Positions 48,310 to 58,157 of a stretch of DNA of 64,000 nt are shown here, one piece after another. The position numbers were made by a program, and so were the translations under genes. Each line of letters opens with the position of its first letter. The first letter of the stretch is position 1. Below the pieces are notes generated by a model. The model worked only from the letters and a program-made list of their open reading frames with translations, did no database searches and was not told where the DNA came from. Source of the DNA: Nitrosopumilus sp. (GTDB taxonomy: Archaea; Thermoproteota; Nitrososphaeria; Nitrososphaerales; Nitrosopumilaceae); the NCBI GenBank assembly GCA_965218785.1, contig OZ244650.1:1536001-1600000 (forward strand), read 5' to 3'.

Positions 48310-50804
48310 AGCTCAAAGTAATGTGCTTTTGGGTGATGAATAACAATAGCGGCAGTTGACTGCTCAGGAATAATCTGCCCTGATTCAGTCAGTGTCATTC
48401 CTGATTTCTCAGGTTGTAACAGTTTCCAAACCAGATGATGTTGTGACACGTCAGGACAGCTAGGAAATCCCCAGCTGTATCTTAATCCACCCTGTTCCAA
48501 GTTCAATTCGGATTTTATTTTACGGTTTACCCACTCTGCTAGGGCTTCGGCGACTTCGACTGCCAGTCCATGCAGATAGTATGCATCAGTGTATTTGTCC
48601 TCTTTGTTCCATCGTTCAATTATTTCTGTAGTCTTATTTCCCACAGTTACTGATTGGAATGCAACGATATCACCATCGCCAAAATAATCAGTCAGACACA
48701 GATGTTCAGGTTTTGTAGAGCGTGGAAAATCAAATTCAACATCCTCACCGTCAGGATTTTCAACAGATAGTTTACCGTCTTTATTGTGACACCTAAAATA
48801 TCCATAAACAATCTCAGGTTCGAAGAGTTTTTCACGTATAATCCGGATCTTCCATTGATTTAACAGATCCTCGTGTTGATCTATTGATTCTGAACCTGCT
48901 TTTCCCCTCAGACCCCATGACAGTTTGAACAAAGATTTTTTATCAATCAACTTCCAAACTTCGTCCATCTTAATTTGTTCGGATTTGAGACGGATTTGCT
49001 TACCAACATTTGTTAGAAGGGGGGCTTGCACTGGTTTGATGTCACTTTTTGGAAGGGTTGCAGAATCTACTGGAGCAGTGGATCTGTCTTTCCAGTTCTC
49101 CAATTTTTCCCTCCATTCAGATAAGAATTTCTGTTTGCCATCTGAAATCAAGACATCCATTGTTTTGAGTCCTTCAAACATGGTATTGCAGTAAAACACG
49201 CCGGATTCATAGATTCCATCGGATTTTGCTATTCGGTTAATGTAGTTGCTGTTAATTGCCGCACCGCCGCAAAGAATCGGAATGTTCATTTTGTTTTTTC
49301 TGGCATGCTCTACGAAAAACTGCATCTGCTTTGATGTAGCGACCAACAATGCTGACAAGCCAATGGCGTCAGGATTAACTTCATCTATTTTTTCGAGGAA
49401 TTTCTGTAAAGGGACCTGTTTTCCCAAGTCATAAACAGAATAGCCGTTGTTTTGAAATATTGTCTTTACAAGATTCTTTCCAATGTCATGAACATCGCCA
49501 TATACGGTTCCCAAAACAAGCTTTCCCTTGCTAGAACCCTCTTCCTGAAGCAGGTATTTTTCAAGTTCGCCTACTGCTGCCTTCATGCACTCTGCGGATT
49601 TGAGGACAAACGGCAGGATCAGTTCCCCCGTGCCGAATTTATCGCCGACTTCCTTCATTGCAGGAAGCAGATCTTCGTTAAGGGTTCTAATTGCCCCATC
49701 ATGGGTAACTTTCTGTGAGGCATCCAGGGACAAAATTCCATGATCCTCTTTTATCATATCTGTCCTTCCGAGTTTTTCTGCAATTGCAGATACGACATCA
49801 TTTTGAATTCCGTCTTTGAGTCTGTTTACAATTCTAAAATTAGCGCGTTTTCCAGGCGGCCAGGAAGGATCAACATCTGCTTTTCTAGGGACAGTACCGC
49901 TTTGCGAGCCTGTTTTTTCAAAGTACAAAATTAATTCAGATAGTGCGTTTGGATGAGTGTTAAAGACTAGATCTTCGGCAAGTTTTCTTTCCTTCTCATT
50001 AATTTCACCATAAGGAACAATCTCTTTGGCATTTACTATTGCAGTGTCAAGCCCCGCCTTTACTGCATGATACAAAAAGACTGAATTGAGAACTTTTCTT
50101 GCATACGGAGATAGGCCAAAACTGATGTTGCTCAGACCTAGGGCGGTAAATGAATCAGGGAATCTTTCTTTAACAAGGCGTATTCCTTCCAGTGTGTTTT
50201 TTCCTGCATCAAGGAACTCTTCCTCTCCTGTTGCCAAAGTAAATGTAAGAACATCAAATATGAATTGTTCAATCTTTAATCCGTATTTTTTTCCAGTCTC
50301 ATAAAGCAGTTCGGCCGTTTTAAGTTTTTGTTGTGGGGTTTTAGCCATTCCATCCGGACCAATACATAATGCAATTGAGGGCAGACCATACTTTGCCATT
50401 ATCGGAGCCAGTTTTTCAAACCTGCTGCCATCCCCTTCAAGATTGATTGAGTTGATAATTGGCCTGCCAGGAATTTGTTTTACCGACGCTTCAATGACTT
50501 TGGGATCAGTTGAATCTATTACAAGCGGTGCGTCAATTTCTAAGCTCAGTCTTTTGACCAGGTTTAACATAAACTCCAGCTCATCAGAACGTTCCGTAGT
50601 TGCCACACAGACATCAAGACAGTGCGCACCGTCTTCAACCTGAATCTTGCCCAGATTAACTAGGCCTTCATAGTCATCATTTAGAACCAGCTGCTTTGCT
50701 TTTCGAGAACCCTGTGTGTTAATTCTCTCTCCGATTATCAGCGGGGCTGGAATCTGCCTGAGATCTACTGCCTTTAGCGCTGAACTTACCCTAGGAACAG
50801 TCAT
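48306..50804 (-). CDS. metH: B12-dependent methionine synthase: pterin-binding, cobalamin-binding and activation domains
   Basis: IGERIN..GS, DVHDIGKN B12 motif, LSALL, RYSWGFPSCPD. Confidence 0.93.
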   Translation of the reverse strand: MTVPRVSSALKAVDLRQIPAPLIIGERINTQGSRKAKQLVLNDDYEGLVNLGKIQVEDGAHCLDVCVATTERSDELEFMLNLVKRLSLEIDAPLVIDSTDPKVIEASVKQIPGRPIINSINLEGDGSRFEKLAPIMAKYGLPSIALCIGPDGMAKTPQQKLKTAELLYETGKKYGLKIEQFIFDVLTFTLATGEEEFLDAGKNTLEGIRLVKERFPDSFTALGLSNISFGLSPYARKVLNSVFLYHAVKAGLDTAIVNAKEIVPYGEINEKERKLAEDLVFNTHPNALSELILYFEKTGSQSGTVPRKADVDPSWPPGKRANFRIVNRLKDGIQNDVVSAIAEKLGRTDMIKEDHGILSLDASQKVTHDGAIRTLNEDLLPAMKEVGDKFGTGELILPFVLKSAECMKAAVGELEKYLLQEEGSSKGKLVLGTVYGDVHDIGKNLVKTIFQNNGYSVYDLGKQVPLQKFLEKIDEVNPDAIGLSALLVATSKQMQFFVEHARKNKMNIPILCGGAAINSNYINRIAKSDGIYESGVFYCNTMFEGLKTMDVLISDGKQKFLSEWREKLENWKDRSTAPVDSATLPKSDIKPVQAPLLTNVGKQIRLKSEQIKMDEVWKLIDKKSLFKLSWGLRGKAGSESIDQHEDLLNQWKIRIIREKLFEPEIVYGYFRCHNKDGKLSVENPDGEDVEFDFPRSTKPEHLCLTDYFGDGDIVAFQSVTVGNKTTEIIERWNKEDKYTDAYYLHGLAVEVAEALAEWVNRKIKSELNLEQGGLRYSWGFPSCPDVSQHHLVWKLLQPEKSGMTLTESGQIIPEQSTAAIVIHHPKAHYFEL

Positions 50805-50835
50805 TATTGTAAATTATCCCCATTTTTCTAAAAAC

Positions 50836-51798
50836 TTAACCCTTGAGAGAGTTAGCTTTTTCGTCAATTACTTTCCTTAGGGCTTTGATATGTTCCGGAC
50901 TTGTTCCACAACAGCCGCCAATAATTCGAACTTTTTGATATTTATTAAGAAAATCGCCCAATATCTCGCTCAATTTTTCAGGAGTCATTTTGTAGACTGC
51001 CTGACCGCCCTGATTTTCAGGCATTCCTGCGTTTGGAACCACCAGGAGATTGTGTTCATTTTGTTCATCAAGCCACCTAACACTGGGGATCATCTCCATC
51101 GGACCAGTGGAGCAGTTTAATCCAAATACGTCAATTCCCATATCAGATACAGTTGTATATGCAGCTTGGATATCGGTTCCAAGTAGCATCTTTCCGTATT
51201 GATCCAGAGTGGCATTTGCAATAATGGGAATTTTCTTTCCAGTCTTTTCTTTGGCATTTTGACACGCTTCAATTACCAGTTTTACCTCCAGAATATCCTG
51301 ACTTGTTTCAACAAGTAATGCATCTACGCCGCCAAGAATCAGGCCTTCTGCCTGTAGCTCGAATGCTTCTTGTATTTCATCAAGGGGTTTTTGTCCCAAG
51401 TCAGGATCATTTGAACTTGGAAGTAATCCAGACGGTCCCATGGAACCAATCACATATCGTGGTTTGTCAGAATACTCTGCGCAGACATGGGATGCTAGTT
51501 GCGCAATTTTTTTATTAAAATCAACTGTTTGATCGCCAAAACCATATTCATCTAGTTTAATTTTGTTTGAACCAAAGGAATTTGTTTCAATACAGTCAGA
51601 TCCTGCATCTAAATAATTTCTATGAATTTGTTTAATCCATTCAGGATGTGTGATTATTAGACCATCATTAAAACCGTCCTGACTGTTTGGAAAGTCTTCT
51701 GATTTTGGATCAAGTTTTTGAATCTCGGTTCCCATTGCACCATCAAAGAGTAAAATTCTGTTCTGTAATGCATCCAAGAACGGTTCCTTTTCTGTCAA
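50836..51798 (-). CDS. Methionine synthase homocysteine-binding (Hcy S-methyltransferase) subunit
   Basis: DGAMGT, GLNCSTGP, PNAG.P, GGCCGT. Confidence 0.93.
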   Translation of the reverse strand: MTEKEPFLDALQNRILLFDGAMGTEIQKLDPKSEDFPNSQDGFNDGLIITHPEWIKQIHRNYLDAGSDCIETNSFGSNKIKLDEYGFGDQTVDFNKKIAQLASHVCAEYSDKPRYVIGSMGPSGLLPSSNDPDLGQKPLDEIQEAFELQAEGLILGGVDALLVETSQDILEVKLVIEACQNAKEKTGKKIPIIANATLDQYGKMLLGTDIQAAYTTVSDMGIDVFGLNCSTGPMEMIPSVRWLDEQNEHNLLVVPNAGMPENQGGQAVYKMTPEKLSEILGDFLNKYQKVRIIGGCCGTSPEHIKALRKVIDEKANSLKG

Positions 51799-51908
51799 TC
51801 TAATCTCAAAATACCAGGGCAGGGTTTAACTCTTTTCAAAAAAACCAACCAGTATTGGTAGGACATATACGTATGTTGAAATTGGGCAAGGAGTAATCGT
51901 GTACATTT

Positions 51909-53009
51909 ATGCAAAAGATTCAAGTAAATAATCTAGTTCGCAGTGCAACTTTTTTTCAACACGCTGGAATCTCAATTGTCTTTGTATTTATGCCCATTAT
52001 TGCAAGCGGGGTCACAGATTCTATATTTGAAATCGGATTCATCGTAGCCTCGTTTAGCTTTGCCCAGATCTTATCTGAAATCTATTTTGGAAGACATTCA
52101 GATAAGAAGGGAACCAGGCTCAAATTCATTAGAATTGGCTTTATCGGATGTGCGGCGGCGTTTGGACTGCACTATTTTGCAGACGGGATCACCCTGCTGT
52201 TTCTTGCCAGAATAGGGGCAGGAATTGCAAGCGGCATCATGATTCCTGCAATGATCGCATACACGTATGAGGCAAATATTGACAAAAAGAAGGCGGCAAC
52301 TGTAATTTCATTTCATGCATTAGGATGGCTTGCAGGAATTGCAGCAGCCGGATTTGCAAATGATCTTAAACTAATTTTCATTATTAGTGCGATTTCATTT
52401 ATCATTGGATTGGTGTTTACCCTGAAACTACCAAATCCGCCACAAGAAAAAGAGGTGGAACCTGGAACTACGAGAAAAATTATTTCAAAAAACAGATTTC
52501 TCTTTTTGTCACTGCTGCTACGTCATATTGGTGCCACAGCTGTGTGGACCATACTTCCAATAATGTTGATTGAAAAACTAGGAGCGGAACTATACCAGAT
52601 ATCAATCATCTACGTTGCAAACACGGTGACTGCGTTTGTTCTGATGAATCTAATGGCAAGTAAAATCAACATCTCAAATGTTACAAAATTCAAGATGGGA
52701 ATCGGATGTACCACGTTTGTTTTTGTCGGGTTGGCAGTAATCACTGATTGGTGGATGGCAATGCCGTTTATGGCGCTTGTTGGCGGAACTTGGGCATTTT
52801 TGTTTATTGGTGGAAATTTCCATTTAATGGAGAACAATCCACGTTCAACATCAACTGGAATCTTTAGCTCGACACTGTCAATTGCAACAGTGGTAGGTCC
52901 GATAATTGCCGGAGGTATTGCATTTGCACTGGATTATGTCGCAGTCATGTATTTTGCAGTAGCAATTATTGTATGTGCATTTGCAGTATCACTGAAGATT
53001 AAAAAATGA
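51909..53009 (+). CDS. MFS transporter
   Basis: About 12 hydrophobic segments, FGRHSDKKG motif A. Confidence 0.9.
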   Translation: MQKIQVNNLVRSATFFQHAGISIVFVFMPIIASGVTDSIFEIGFIVASFSFAQILSEIYFGRHSDKKGTRLKFIRIGFIGCAAAFGLHYFADGITLLFLARIGAGIASGIMIPAMIAYTYEANIDKKKAATVISFHALGWLAGIAAAGFANDLKLIFIISAISFIIGLVFTLKLPNPPQEKEVEPGTTRKIISKNRFLFLSLLLRHIGATAVWTILPIMLIEKLGAELYQISIIYVANTVTAFVLMNLMASKINISNVTKFKMGIGCTTFVFVGLAVITDWWMAMPFMALVGGTWAFLFIGGNFHLMENNPRSTSTGIFSSTLSIATVVGPIIAGGIAFALDYVAVMYFAVAIIVCAFAVSLKIKK

Positions 53010-53221
53010 AAAAAACACGTTGAAATTGGCGCACAAGGTCAAGTAAACCATGAATTTGGTCATCTTGCAGGGTATGGTCATCATAGTTCATGGCTTTGAT
53101 AACCCACACATCATCTCAGAGATCTTCGTTTGGCTACATTAGAAAAAGATGGAATGATTATCGCAAAATGCACAGAAATCAATGTTATTACAAAGGCAAG
53201 TCATTTGAAGAGGATTGGAAG

Positions 53222-53989
53222 CTATCTCAACCCCCACCTAGACATTACCTTGTTTTCTAGTCTTTTGAATACAACGCCGTCAACTACAAGACCAATCATC
53301 ATAATTACAAGCATTATTGCAATTACCTGTGAGACGTCATTTAATGAGCGCCCGACATTTAGGAAATATCCAAGTCCCAGAAAAGAAAACAGCAATTCAG
53401 CGCCAATTACGCCCCTCCAGGCAAATGCCCATCCCTGTTTAAAGCCTGAAATCATGTATGGAAATGCTGCAGGAATCAGGACGGCAGTAACAAGTTGACT
53501 GCCTTTTGCACCCATATTTCTTGCAGCCTCTATAAAATGCGGATCGATGTTTTTGACTCCGGTGTAGGTGTTTATTGTAACTGCAAAAACGGCTCCAATA
53601 GCAGTAACAAAAATTATTCCGCCATCTGTCAGTCCAAACCACAAAATTGCAAGCGGAACCCATGCAATTGACGGGATTGATTGCAACCCCAGTACCAGGG
53701 AACCGACTGTCTGGTTGACAACCTCGACTCTTGCCATGAAAATTCCCAATACAATGCCGCCAGATATGGCAATTGTCAGTCCGATAGATAGTCTCCACAT
53801 GCTAGTTGCAATCCCGTAAAACAGACTGCCATCGGCAGCACCGTATCCCAGGTCTTCTGCAACTTCATATGGGGAGGGAAAAATATTATCAGGCCAAACT
53901 CCAGACATGGAAACGATTTGCCAGAGTACGACGATTCCGACGTAAAATGCTATTCTATGTAGCGTGAAATTTTTTGCCATGATAATCAC
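53222..53989 (-). CDS. NitT/TauT-family ABC transporter permease
   Basis: PSP..V, IPSIAWVPL..LWFG, EAARNMGA. Confidence 0.93.
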   Translation of the reverse strand: MIIMAKNFTLHRIAFYVGIVVLWQIVSMSGVWPDNIFPSPYEVAEDLGYGAADGSLFYGIATSMWRLSIGLTIAISGGIVLGIFMARVEVVNQTVGSLVLGLQSIPSIAWVPLAILWFGLTDGGIIFVTAIGAVFAVTINTYTGVKNIDPHFIEAARNMGAKGSQLVTAVLIPAAFPYMISGFKQGWAFAWRGVIGAELLFSFLGLGYFLNVGRSLNDVSQVIAIMLVIMMIGLVVDGVVFKRLENKVMSRWGLR

Positions 53990-54753
53990 TCCTTACTTTT
54001 CCTTACCTCAGGTCTGAGTTCGGTCATAATGTCTTTTTGGAACCTTAGTAATGATTCATCATCTTCAGATACTCTGGGTCGTGGAAGGTTATTGACCATT
54101 TCCTTTTTGATAACGGAGGGGCGGTTGCTAAAAATAGCTACCTTGGTTCCAAGTACCGCCGCTTCGGCGACATTGTGAGTCACAAACAGTATGGTCTTCT
54201 TTGTTTTTTCCCAAATCAGCTGCATCTCAACTAAAAGTAAGTTACGTGTTGGCGTATCAAGTGCCGCAAACGGCTCATCCATTAGCAATACATCAGGATC
54301 CATTACAAGTGCGCGAGCTATGGCTACACGCTGCTTCATTCCCGTTGAAAGCTGGAAAATATACGAATCTGCAAATTTTGTCATCTGCATCATATCCAGA
54401 TATCTATTTGATATCTCGGTTCGTTCCTCTTGTGGAATACCTGCCATCTTTAATCCAAATTCAACATTGTCCTGAACCTTGAGCCATGGAAACAGTGCGC
54501 CTTCCTGAAATACCATGATTCTCTCAGGGCTGGTTTCAGAAACCGGATGCCCATCAAAGAGAATCTGGCCTTCATCAGGTGTTTCCAAGCCTGCAACTAT
54601 GCGTAAAAAGGTGGATTTTCCACATCCCGAAGGACCCACTAGACATACAAAGTCGCCGGCCTCAACTTTGAGGTTGACGCCGCCAAGCGCCTTGAGTTTG
54701 TGTGAATCATGAACAAAATATTTTACAATGTTTTTGGCCTCCAGTTTGGTCAT
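53986..54753 (-). CDS. NitT/TauT-family ABC transporter ATPase
   Basis: GPSGCGKST, LSTGMKQR, MDEPFAALD, VTHN. Confidence 0.95.
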   Translation of the reverse strand: MTKLEAKNIVKYFVHDSHKLKALGGVNLKVEAGDFVCLVGPSGCGKSTFLRIVAGLETPDEGQILFDGHPVSETSPERIMVFQEGALFPWLKVQDNVEFGLKMAGIPQEERTEISNRYLDMMQMTKFADSYIFQLSTGMKQRVAIARALVMDPDVLLMDEPFAALDTPTRNLLLVEMQLIWEKTKKTILFVTHNVAEAAVLGTKVAIFSNRPSVIKKEMVNNLPRPRVSEDDESLLRFQKDIMTELRPEVRKSKE

Positions 54754-55776
54754 CTAGATTCCAGCCTCCTCCAAAGAATTTGTATCATGGTAAAAGATGC
54801 CAGACAGATCATATCCATTTCGTCCAAGATATCCAAGTGCGTCTGCTTTTTCAGCAAAGGAGAAGATAGAATCAGGCAGGGGATCTGCAGTAATTACCAA
54901 ATTAGACAGTGCAGTATCTACAACATCATCAGGCAGGGGTTCTCCCAGGTATGAGTCAAGAAAATCATTGAAAACATTTCTAGTTTCTACAGGATGCTCA
55001 TTAATCCAAACACCGGTTTCTTGATGTGCAGTTAAGAAATTGGCAATGACTGTAGGATTCTCCCTAACGTAATCTACATTTCCAATTAACAAAACAGATG
55101 CAAATTCTTTGTCAGGCCAGAGTTCTTCTTCATGGAACAGTCTTGTTCCATCAAGCTCAGTTTCCAAAATTGTAGCCCAAGGTTCTGCAACCCATGCACC
55201 ATCAATATCTCCCTTTACGAATAAGGTGTAGATGTCAGGATTTGGAATGTTGTAAACAACCACAGAGCCTCCCTTTTCAGCAGGTACTAGTCCGTTTTCA
55301 GAAAGGTAGTGGCGCAGGGACACGTCTTGTGTGTTACCAATCTGCGGGGCAGCTATTTTCTTTCCTGCAAAGTCAGAAACAGTGTTTATCTCGGAGCTTG
55401 GATGAACAATAAAACTTGCGCCGCCGCTTGCAGCACCGGCAAGAATCTTTACGTTGTTATTTTCTGAATTCAGGAATCCGTTTATTGCAGGTCCGGGGCC
55501 TACATATCCAACATCAACAGAGTTTGCAAACAGGGATTCTATCACTTGCGGTCCGCTGTCAAAAACCCTGGTTTCAATTTTAGTTTGCTCTCCGGTTTTC
55601 TCTGCAAAGAATCCCTTCTCCATTCCGACAATTGGAATGGCATGTCCAATATTGGGGAAATAGGCAATACGGATTTCGTTTTCGTATATAGTATCACTAG
55701 AATTCAGGGCGATTCCCAGTAAGGAGAACAGGGCAATTCCGATAATTCCTGCGGAGACTACCTTCATGACACTCAT
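54754..55776 (-). CDS. NitT/TauT (SsuA-like) ABC substrate-binding protein
   Basis: N-terminal anchor; YFPNIGH, GPGPA, PQIGNTQD, WVAEPW. Confidence 0.9.
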   Translation of the reverse strand: MSVMKVVSAGIIGIALFSLLGIALNSSDTIYENEIRIAYFPNIGHAIPIVGMEKGFFAEKTGEQTKIETRVFDSGPQVIESLFANSVDVGYVGPGPAINGFLNSENNNVKILAGAASGGASFIVHPSSEINTVSDFAGKKIAAPQIGNTQDVSLRHYLSENGLVPAEKGGSVVVYNIPNPDIYTLFVKGDIDGAWVAEPWATILETELDGTRLFHEEELWPDKEFASVLLIGNVDYVRENPTVIANFLTAHQETGVWINEHPVETRNVFNDFLDSYLGEPLPDDVVDTALSNLVITADPLPDSIFSFAEKADALGYLGRNGYDLSGIFYHDTNSLEEAGI

Positions 55777-55908
55777 AAAACAGCGTTATATCTGACGGTT
55801 AAATAATCATCGAATTTTAGCTCAAGCTAGTAGGAAATTTTTATGAAAAATATGTGTTTTGGCCTATCACAAAAGATAAATTCCAAAATGTAGTAAAAAA
55901 ATTGTTTT

Positions 55909-57108
55909 ATGACTCAAAAGGGAATTCTCGCATTTTCTGGAGGACTGGATACTTCAGTTGTTGTAAAGTATCTCCAGGAAGAACACGACATGGACGTCAT
56001 TACAGTCACAGTAGATGTTGGGCAGGGCGATGATGCTAAAAAAATCGCAGCAAAGGCAAAAAAACTCGGAGTAAAGAGGCACTACAACATTGATGCACGA
56101 AAAGAATTTGTCAGTGATTATGTTTTTCCATCAATTAAGGCAAATGCACTTTATCAGAAAAAATATTGTCTTGCAACAGCACTTGCAAGGCCATTGATTG
56201 CAGAAAAAATGCTGGATATTGCAAGAAAAGAAAAGGCAACATCGCTGGCACATGGGTGTTCTGGCAAGGGAAATGATCAGGTACGATTTGATATAACGTT
56301 ACGCTCCGGTTCTGAGCTTCCAATCATAGCCCCAATTCGAGACAAAAATCTGGACAGGGTCACCGAACTAAAGTTTGCAAAGAAACACGGAATTCAGATT
56401 GATTCTGTTGCAAAAAAATTCAGCATTGATCAAAACTTGTGGGGACGTGCAATTGAAGGAGGAGTATTAGAGGATCCATACAATGAACCGCCAGATGATG
56501 CATTCATTTGGGTTAAGACAAAAAATTTGCCAGACAAACCAACGTACATGGAGATTGAGTTTGAAAAAGGGATTCCGGTGGGAGTGGATGGAAAAAAAAC
56601 AGAGTCTCAAAAATTAATCCAATACATTAACAAAAAAGCAGGGGACGCAGGTGTCGGAATAATTGATCATATCGAAGACAGAGTCGTTGGAATCAAATCT
56701 CGTGAGGTTTATGAGACACCGGCGGCAACCTGTCTAATTGAGGCACATGCCGATCTAGAAAAAATGGTTCAAACCAAACATGAAAACAGATTCAAGTCCA
56801 TAATAGATGACGAATGGACGTATTTGGTGTATTCAGGACTCTGGCAGGATCCCCTTAAAACAGACCTGGATGGATTCATCGAAAGATCACAAAAACCGGT
56901 GTCGGGAACTGTGAGGCTAAAGCTGTACAAAGGAGGCCTGAGGGTGGTTGGAAGAAAATCCAAGAACTCGCTGTATAGTCACGATATTGCCACTTATGGC
57001 GCAGAATCAACATTTGATCAGAGATTGGCCAAGGGATTTGTAGAATTGTGGGGAATGCAATCAACAGAAGCTAATAAATTACAAAAGAAAAGGTCAACAA
57101 AAACATGA
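55909..57108 (+). CDS. argG: Argininosuccinate synthase
   Basis: AFSGGLDTS, GKGNDQVRF, DQNLWG, KSREVYE. Confidence 0.97.
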   Translation: MTQKGILAFSGGLDTSVVVKYLQEEHDMDVITVTVDVGQGDDAKKIAAKAKKLGVKRHYNIDARKEFVSDYVFPSIKANALYQKKYCLATALARPLIAEKMLDIARKEKATSLAHGCSGKGNDQVRFDITLRSGSELPIIAPIRDKNLDRVTELKFAKKHGIQIDSVAKKFSIDQNLWGRAIEGGVLEDPYNEPPDDAFIWVKTKNLPDKPTYMEIEFEKGIPVGVDGKKTESQKLIQYINKKAGDAGVGIIDHIEDRVVGIKSREVYETPAATCLIEAHADLEKMVQTKHENRFKSIIDDEWTYLVYSGLWQDPLKTDLDGFIERSQKPVSGTVRLKLYKGGLRVVGRKSKNSLYSHDIATYGAESTFDQRLAKGFVELWGMQSTEANKLQKKRSTKT

Positions 57109-57272
57109 ACTGCCCAGAATGTGACGCAGTATTAGACATCCCAGTAGATGCCTCAGTTGGAGAAATAATCTCCTGTCCTGATTGTGGCGCTGACTTTGAA
57201 ATCGCAAAAAAAGACGGATCAAATGTAGAGCTCAAACAGGCAGAAAGCGTAGGCGAAGACTGGGGAGAGTAA
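57105..57272 (+). CDS. lysW: Amino-group carrier protein LysW (copy 1, canonical EDWGE)
   Basis: MNCPECDA...CPDCGA...AESVGEDWGE*; 55 aa, absent from ORF track. Confidence 0.96.
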   Translation: MNCPECDAVLDIPVDASVGEIISCPDCGADFEIAKKDGSNVELKQAESVGEDWGE

Positions 57273-58129
57273 TGTCCAAAGTCTGTATTGTGTTTGATCG
57301 TCTAAGATCTGAGGAAAAGATGCTTCAGAAAGAGGCCTTGGAACTAGGACATGATGCAGTGATGCTCGATGCAAAAATCACTCAGATCAACACAGATAGT
57401 AAAAAAGAAGACTATGACTTTGGAGATGTCGTTTTGGAGAGATGTGTCAGTTACATCAGGGGGCTACATTTTACTGCCAGTCTGGAATTTTTGGATGTTC
57501 CAGTTTTGAACAAGTTCCAAGTTGCAAGTGTCTGTGGAAACAAAATGTTCATGAGCCTGCTTTTGAAGAAAAACAACATTCCAACGCCCAAGACATACTT
57601 TTCATTTTCAAGCCAAAGTGCGGCTGAAAATTTGGAGAAGGTCGGATATCCGCTTGTGATCAAACCAGTAATAGGAAGTTGGGGAAGGGGAATAGTTCCA
57701 ATTAAAGACAAGGATACCATGGATGCGATCACCGAGGTAAGGGACATTACAGACAATCTGCACGATCGAATCTACTATCTACAAGAATTAGTCAAGAGAC
57801 CTCCAAGAGATATCCGGGTGGTCACAGTAGGAGACGAGCCTGTCGCAGCAATGTACAGAAAATCATCAGGGGGGTTTAAGACAAACATAGCACTTGGTGC
57901 GGATCCAGAACTCTGTGAGATCACAAAAGAGATGGAGGAGATGGCATCAAAAGCATCAAAGGCCATGGGTGGCGGAATTTTAGGAGTAGATATGATGGAA
58001 GACGAGGAGAGGGGCCTAGTTGTTCATGAAGTAAATAATACGGTGGAATTCAAAGGACTGGCAAGAGTTGCAAAACGGAATATTCCAAAAGAAATGATGG
58101 AATTTGCCCTAAACTACGTTAGGAAATAA
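57272..58129 (+). CDS. argX: LysW-amino acid ligase (ATP-grasp), probably glutamate-specific ArgX
   Basis: KPVIGSWGR, RDIRV, EVNNTVEFKGL; located between argG/lysW and argC. Confidence 0.8.
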   Translation: MSKVCIVFDRLRSEEKMLQKEALELGHDAVMLDAKITQINTDSKKEDYDFGDVVLERCVSYIRGLHFTASLEFLDVPVLNKFQVASVCGNKMFMSLLLKKNNIPTPKTYFSFSSQSAAENLEKVGYPLVIKPVIGSWGRGIVPIKDKDTMDAITEVRDITDNLHDRIYYLQELVKRPPRDIRVVTVGDEPVAAMYRKSSGGFKTNIALGADPELCEITKEMEEMASKASKAMGGGILGVDMMEDEERGLVVHEVNNTVEFKGLARVAKRNIPKEMMEFALNYVRK

Positions 58130-58157
58130 ATTATACTCCCTGACGAGGAGGTTTATC

